Below, one piece after another: positions 61,418 to 64,000 of a DNA stretch of 64,000 nucleotides. This DNA comes from Pocillopora verrucosa. Its lineage: Eukaryota. Below the pieces are notes generated by a model, which saw nothing but the letters and a program-made list of their open reading frames with translations, was not told where the DNA came from and made no database searches. Numbering within the stretch: the stretch's first letter is position 1; each line of letters opens with the position of its first letter. The stretch is from assembly GCF_036669915.1 (NCBI RefSeq), contig NC_089313.1, positions 5,177,331 to 5,241,330 of the forward strand. Reading direction: 5' to 3'. The translations under genes and the position numbers were made by a program.

Positions 61418-62739
61418 ATCTTCATGAAAAAAAATTAATATCACGCACTGTAAAAATGTAAAAAAGTATTTTATCTTCCTCGAAGATTTCCAAGCATCGT
61501 GGAAATCGTTTGACTGTGTGTTATTTGTGACCAAATAAAATTGTTTACCCTATTATCAGAAAGTTCTATTATCACTTGAAATCGGGAAATGGAAAATAGA
61601 GAATGAAATCGGAAGCGGCAAAGGTCTTTGAAGGATGATAACAGATGTTACTATACTTTTGTGTTTTTTAACGCGTGAAATCCGTATCTTCTAAATCTTA
61701 AATACTTTAAACGTAACATAGGCATGCTACATATGCAAGAGTAATTTGCAACTGAGCACCTACCCTTCCCCTAACCCAACAACAGCGAACTGGTTGGGGG
61801 AGGAGTAGGTGCGCAGTTGATCAGATACTGACATTGATCCTGTAACCTTTTTGGGATGGGTGGGTTGGAATGGCCTACTGTGTAACGAATGTTTTCATTT
61901 TTGGAAAAGAAAAAGGGCTTTGGCTTTCAAAGTATTCTAAAGAAAACAAAAATCGCGTTACTTCAAAATAAAAGAGGGAGAAAATTTCTCCAAATTTATT
62001 TGAAAATAACCTCGGACAGAAGGTATTGCGTGGCCTATCGACTCTGTTATTTGTAGAACCATGATAGAAACAACCTGCAAATGTGCCATGCCTTCCACCG
62101 TTCTTTCAAAGAAGGGCAAAGCATCATATCTCAAAGGCTTTTACATGGAATAACCACGTGGGCTTTATGATTGGTTGTTGTCTTTCTGGACTTTGCCCTC
62201 TGCGTAGGGAATACGTAATAAAATTCAGGTTGTTTACAAGGAATTGACGCGTGATGGAGTAACTTCCAAGATCGCTAAAAGCTAATTTGATTGTAGGAAA
62301 CGTCAAAGCGCGTGAGGATTGAGTTGAAAACTGACAGTAGCATTTTGGGCCATGTGAATTTTTTCCAGTAGGGCTAGATTATGCTGTTGAGGTTAGGTCG
62401 TTTGCTGTAAATTGGTCACTTTTAGCGAAAAGCCTAATTTAGAGTGATCAACTTTGGAAAAATAATGTTTAAACTTCCAAAAGCAAAGAGACGGGTATTT
62501 AATGCGGCCGCTGATGCGGAAAGTAAATATTACCTTACTGATTTTTTCAACCTTCTCCAAAATGGGCAACAACAAGGCTAAATAAATAACCCTGCCATTA
62601 ATCGTGAAGTAGCGTTGTCACCCAACAGGTATCACTGCATTTCAATTTAATACTCGGGAGACAAAAGTTATCTTCGAACGTTGGCAGCAATTTGTTTTAT
62701 ACTTTACAAATTACAACAGGCCCCAGTGCTGAGAGCGAC

Positions 62740-63370
62740 ATAATTTTTTGTTGTAATCTGATCGGTGCGAGCAACTTACGGTGCAATCTGATTGATACGG
62801 GCTACATATCCGGCGCATGTCACAAGTGCAGGCAACATACATTACGTAATCTTATTGGTGCGAGCAGAATATCTGCGCAGTTTGATCGGTGCGAGTAGCA
62901 TACCCGGAGCAATCTGATTGGTACGAGTAACTTGCCCGGCGCAATCTAATCGGTACTAACAGCATACCCTGCACAATCTGATTGGTGTGAGCAGCATACA
63001 CAGCGCAACCTGATTGGTGCGAGCAGAATATCTGCGCAGTTTGATCGTGCGAGTAGCATACCCGGAGCAATCTGATTGGTACTAACAGCATACCCTGCGC
63101 AATCTAATTGGTGCGAGCAGCATACACGGCGCAACCTAATTGGTTCCAATAGCATATCTAGCGCAATCTAATTGGTGCGAGTGGCATACACGGCGCGATA
63201 TGATTGGTGTCAGGAGCATACCCAGCGCAATCTGATTGGTGAAAGCAACATACCCTGAGAAATTTGATTGGAACAAGCAGCATACCCGACGTTACATATT
63301 GGTGCCATCAGCATACCTGGCGCAATCTGATTGGCGCGAGCTACATACGCCACTGAATCTTATTGGTGAC
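62740..63370. repeat. Minisatellite, about 20 tandem units of 31-32 bp (consensus caatctgattggtgcgagcagcatacMcggcg), about 400 bp upstream of the FKBP2-like gene
   Basis: Direct reading. Each unit has ATTGG (CCAAT on the other strand). On the minus strand CCAAT is followed 9 nt later by CCGKG. Confidence 0.9.
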
Positions 63371-63763
63371 AGCGATACCGCCTTCGACAACTGCATTGTT
63401 GTTATCGTTTACCTTGTTTTTGTTTTCAAAAATTGCCTCTTTGAGGTGGGAAATTATGACAGGTACCACGGAATTGCAGGAAGCAAAATCGAACGTACTT
63501 AAAGATAAATGCACATAAGGGGAAAAATTCCCGCGTCTGAAAATTTTGTACAGGTTCTCCAATTGAGTATACTCCCGTCTAACGCTGACTACCACAGCGG
63601 TGCCTTAATTTTAAACATCCACCCGCTTAAAATAGTTAGGTTTGATCCCGGGGCCATGTACCCGGCCAAGTCATGACTAGGGAAACTGGGACCGAAGCAT
63701 ATAAAAATCAAAGTTGAACAATAATTTCGAATTATTTGCGGTAGTGTCGATCAGTATTTCCTC

Positions 63764-64000
63764 ATGATGTGGTTCACGGAGTGGATTAACCTGCTGGTGT
63801 TGCTTGCTTTTGTTTCCACACTGTGCAGTGGGGAAGAGAACGGAGTGACAATCGAAGTCGTATACAAACCAGAGGAATGCACGCGTAAAACAAAGGATGG
63901 TGACTATCTTGCGATGGAATACACAGGCCGCCTTGAGAAAGATGGGTCAGTGTTTGACTCCAGCCACAAACGCCAACGAACCTTTGATTTCATCTTGGGA
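63764..64000 (+). CDS. FKBP2: FKBP2/FKBP13-like ER peptidyl-prolyl isomerase, 5' part, running off the window end
   Basis: MMWFTEWINLLVLLAFVSTLCSGEENGVTIEVVYKPEECTRKTKDGDYLAMEYTGRLEKDGSVFDSSHKRQRTFDFILG has a hydrophobic signal peptide followed by an FKBP domain start. Human FKBP2: …[45 protein letters not shown]. A TATA-like catataaaaa sits about 60 bp upstream. Confidence 0.8.
   Translation, partial: MMWFTEWINLLVLLAFVSTLCSGEENGVTIEVVYKPEECTRKTKDGDYLAMEYTGRLEKDGSVFDSSHKRQRTFDFILG

Noticed and set aside
62692-63155. ORF-track ORFs 62692..62898(+), 62852..63091(-), 62946..63155(-) with repetitive peptide sequence
   Set aside because: They lie entirely inside the 31-32 bp minisatellite. The periodic peptides are translation artefacts of the tandem repeat. 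No start context or homology.

Overview
This window is eukaryotic (metazoan) nuclear DNA, not prokaryotic. It is AT-rich, has spliced genes with GT-AG introns, and is full of MITE/SINE-type interspersed repeats. I could reconstruct eight protein-coding genes from the sequence and the ORF track: (1) a CLIP-170/CLIP1-like gene (two CAP-Gly domains, then a long coiled coil), minus strand, start 13188, running off the window start; (2) a KMT5A/SET8-like lysine methyltransferase, minus, 21133..16623, 7 exons; (3) XBP1, plus, 21992..24251, 4 exons, with both the unspliced hydrophobic XBP1u tail and the +1-frame XBP1s C-terminal exon; (4) major vault protein MVP, minus, 37981..26025; (5) a VPS4-like AAA ATPase, minus, about 45650..40553; (6) aspartate dehydrogenase-like ASPDH, minus, 52829..48500, 9 exons including a 15-nt micro-exon and one GC-AG intron; (7) DRC2/CCDC65, plus, 52882..61417, 15 exons, complete; (8) an FKBP2/FKBP13-like ER FKBP, plus, from 63764 to the window end, partial. 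Repeats include a piggyBac-like (TTAA-ended) MITE family in two subfamilies with more than 20 copies. There are also several other MITE/SINE families, a tRNA-like SINE head, a composite TIR element with internal tandem repeats, a nested hAT-like insertion, and a roughly 20-copy 31-32 bp minisatellite upstream of the FKBP gene. I found no CRISPR array, rRNA or prokaryote-type system, and no convincing novel multi-gene system. The points most worth a second look are the XBP1 unconventional intron region, an ERSE in the KMT5A/XBP1 divergent promoter, ASPDH and DRC2 start codons only 52 bp apart, the ASPDH micro-exon that restores the GxGxxG motif, a 66-bp near-perfect hairpin in an MVP intron, and the CCAAT-containing repeats. 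Hand-derived exon coordinates may be off by a few bp.
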